The position numbers and the translations under genes are program-made. 64,000 nucleotides of DNA from Podarcis liolepis. Its lineage: Eukaryota. Where the stretch lies: NCBI GenBank assembly GCA_965112155.1, contig OZ218109.1; one strand, written 5' to 3'. The notes below the pieces were generated by a model. The model was not told the DNA's origin. It made no database searches and saw only the letters and a program-made list of their open reading frames with translations. This document shows positions 63,243 through 64,000 of the stretch, in pieces. Within the stretch, counting starts at the first letter, position 1, and every line of letters starts with the position of its first letter.

Positions 63243-64000
63243 TGTGGGAGGTTTTGTACAGGATGATGATGCAGCAAAGAAGTGGCAAGCAAATCTGTCT
63301 CCATCCCCTTCTAGTTGGCCCAACACACTTGCTCCAATGGGGCTCAGTCATGACTTCACTCTTCCTGTACTGGGGCCAAGAAGCTTTCTAATCTCCATCC
63401 AGTTAAGGTGTGTAAGGATCTGGGCGATATTAAAAAAAGAAGACTTCTGTAGTCCTATGGAGCTATTCTGGCCTCCGTGAAACTCTTCCAGCACCTGGTC
63501 CCCATTTAGGATTGTGGCCAACCAAATTTTGTAAGAAAGCCACCATTTTAAAGATAGCATATTTAAAGAGTGTGAAACCTGGAAAAGAAAACGAGACCCC
63601 GAAGAAACAATAAATTGCTAGTTTAATTTTAAATCTTCTTTAAGGCCAGGTGGGTTAAAATAGTTAATTCATGTCCCACTGGATACATATGGGTCGCATA
63701 TCGTATTTCTTACTGACATTACACTCACACTCACCTAGCTTGCAAAATTTTGAAAAGTTTCCTCTTAGCTTAGTGGGGGGGGGGGGGCTTTGGTGCAATC
63801 CAGTTCAGTTTTGTTACAAGCAGATGCCACTAATTTCATAGTCCCATGGGGAGGACAATTTAAAGGCCTGGTGGGCAGCTACTTGGCTACCTCCCTATGA
63901 AAGTAAATTGGAACTGAGTGATTCAGGGGGCAGTATATGCAACCTGCTTGCTCAGTGGAAGTGGCTGCCTCTTGAAGATGCTCAGCAGAGAGGCTTTCTG

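Overview
This is vertebrate genomic DNA, most likely from a lacertid lizard, judged from Sauria-SINE, Squam3-like SINE, CR1, L2, L1, Penelope and MITE content. It holds the last two coding exons and 3' UTR of ODAD2/ARMC4 (+ strand, to ~18.0 kb) and a ~16 kb intergenic stretch. A large CpG island follows, then the first four coding exons of the TALE homeobox gene MKX (Mohawk; + strand, 39783-55806). The last MKX exons lie beyond the window. The rest is intron or intergenic DNA dense in transposon relics, several of them nested and with readable target-site duplications (TSDs). Almost all other ORFs in the track are spurious or transposon fragments. I found no convincing novel protein-coding system. 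The most notable non-routine structures are: (i) a complex local rearrangement at 23.9-26.4 kb (a broken and inverted CR1 plus a ~480-bp inverted duplication); (ii) two Penelope-borne hammerhead ribozyme relics; (iii) an inferred MKX first exon carrying a strong-Kozak spliced uORF; and (iv) candidate homeodomain-motif enhancer clusters.
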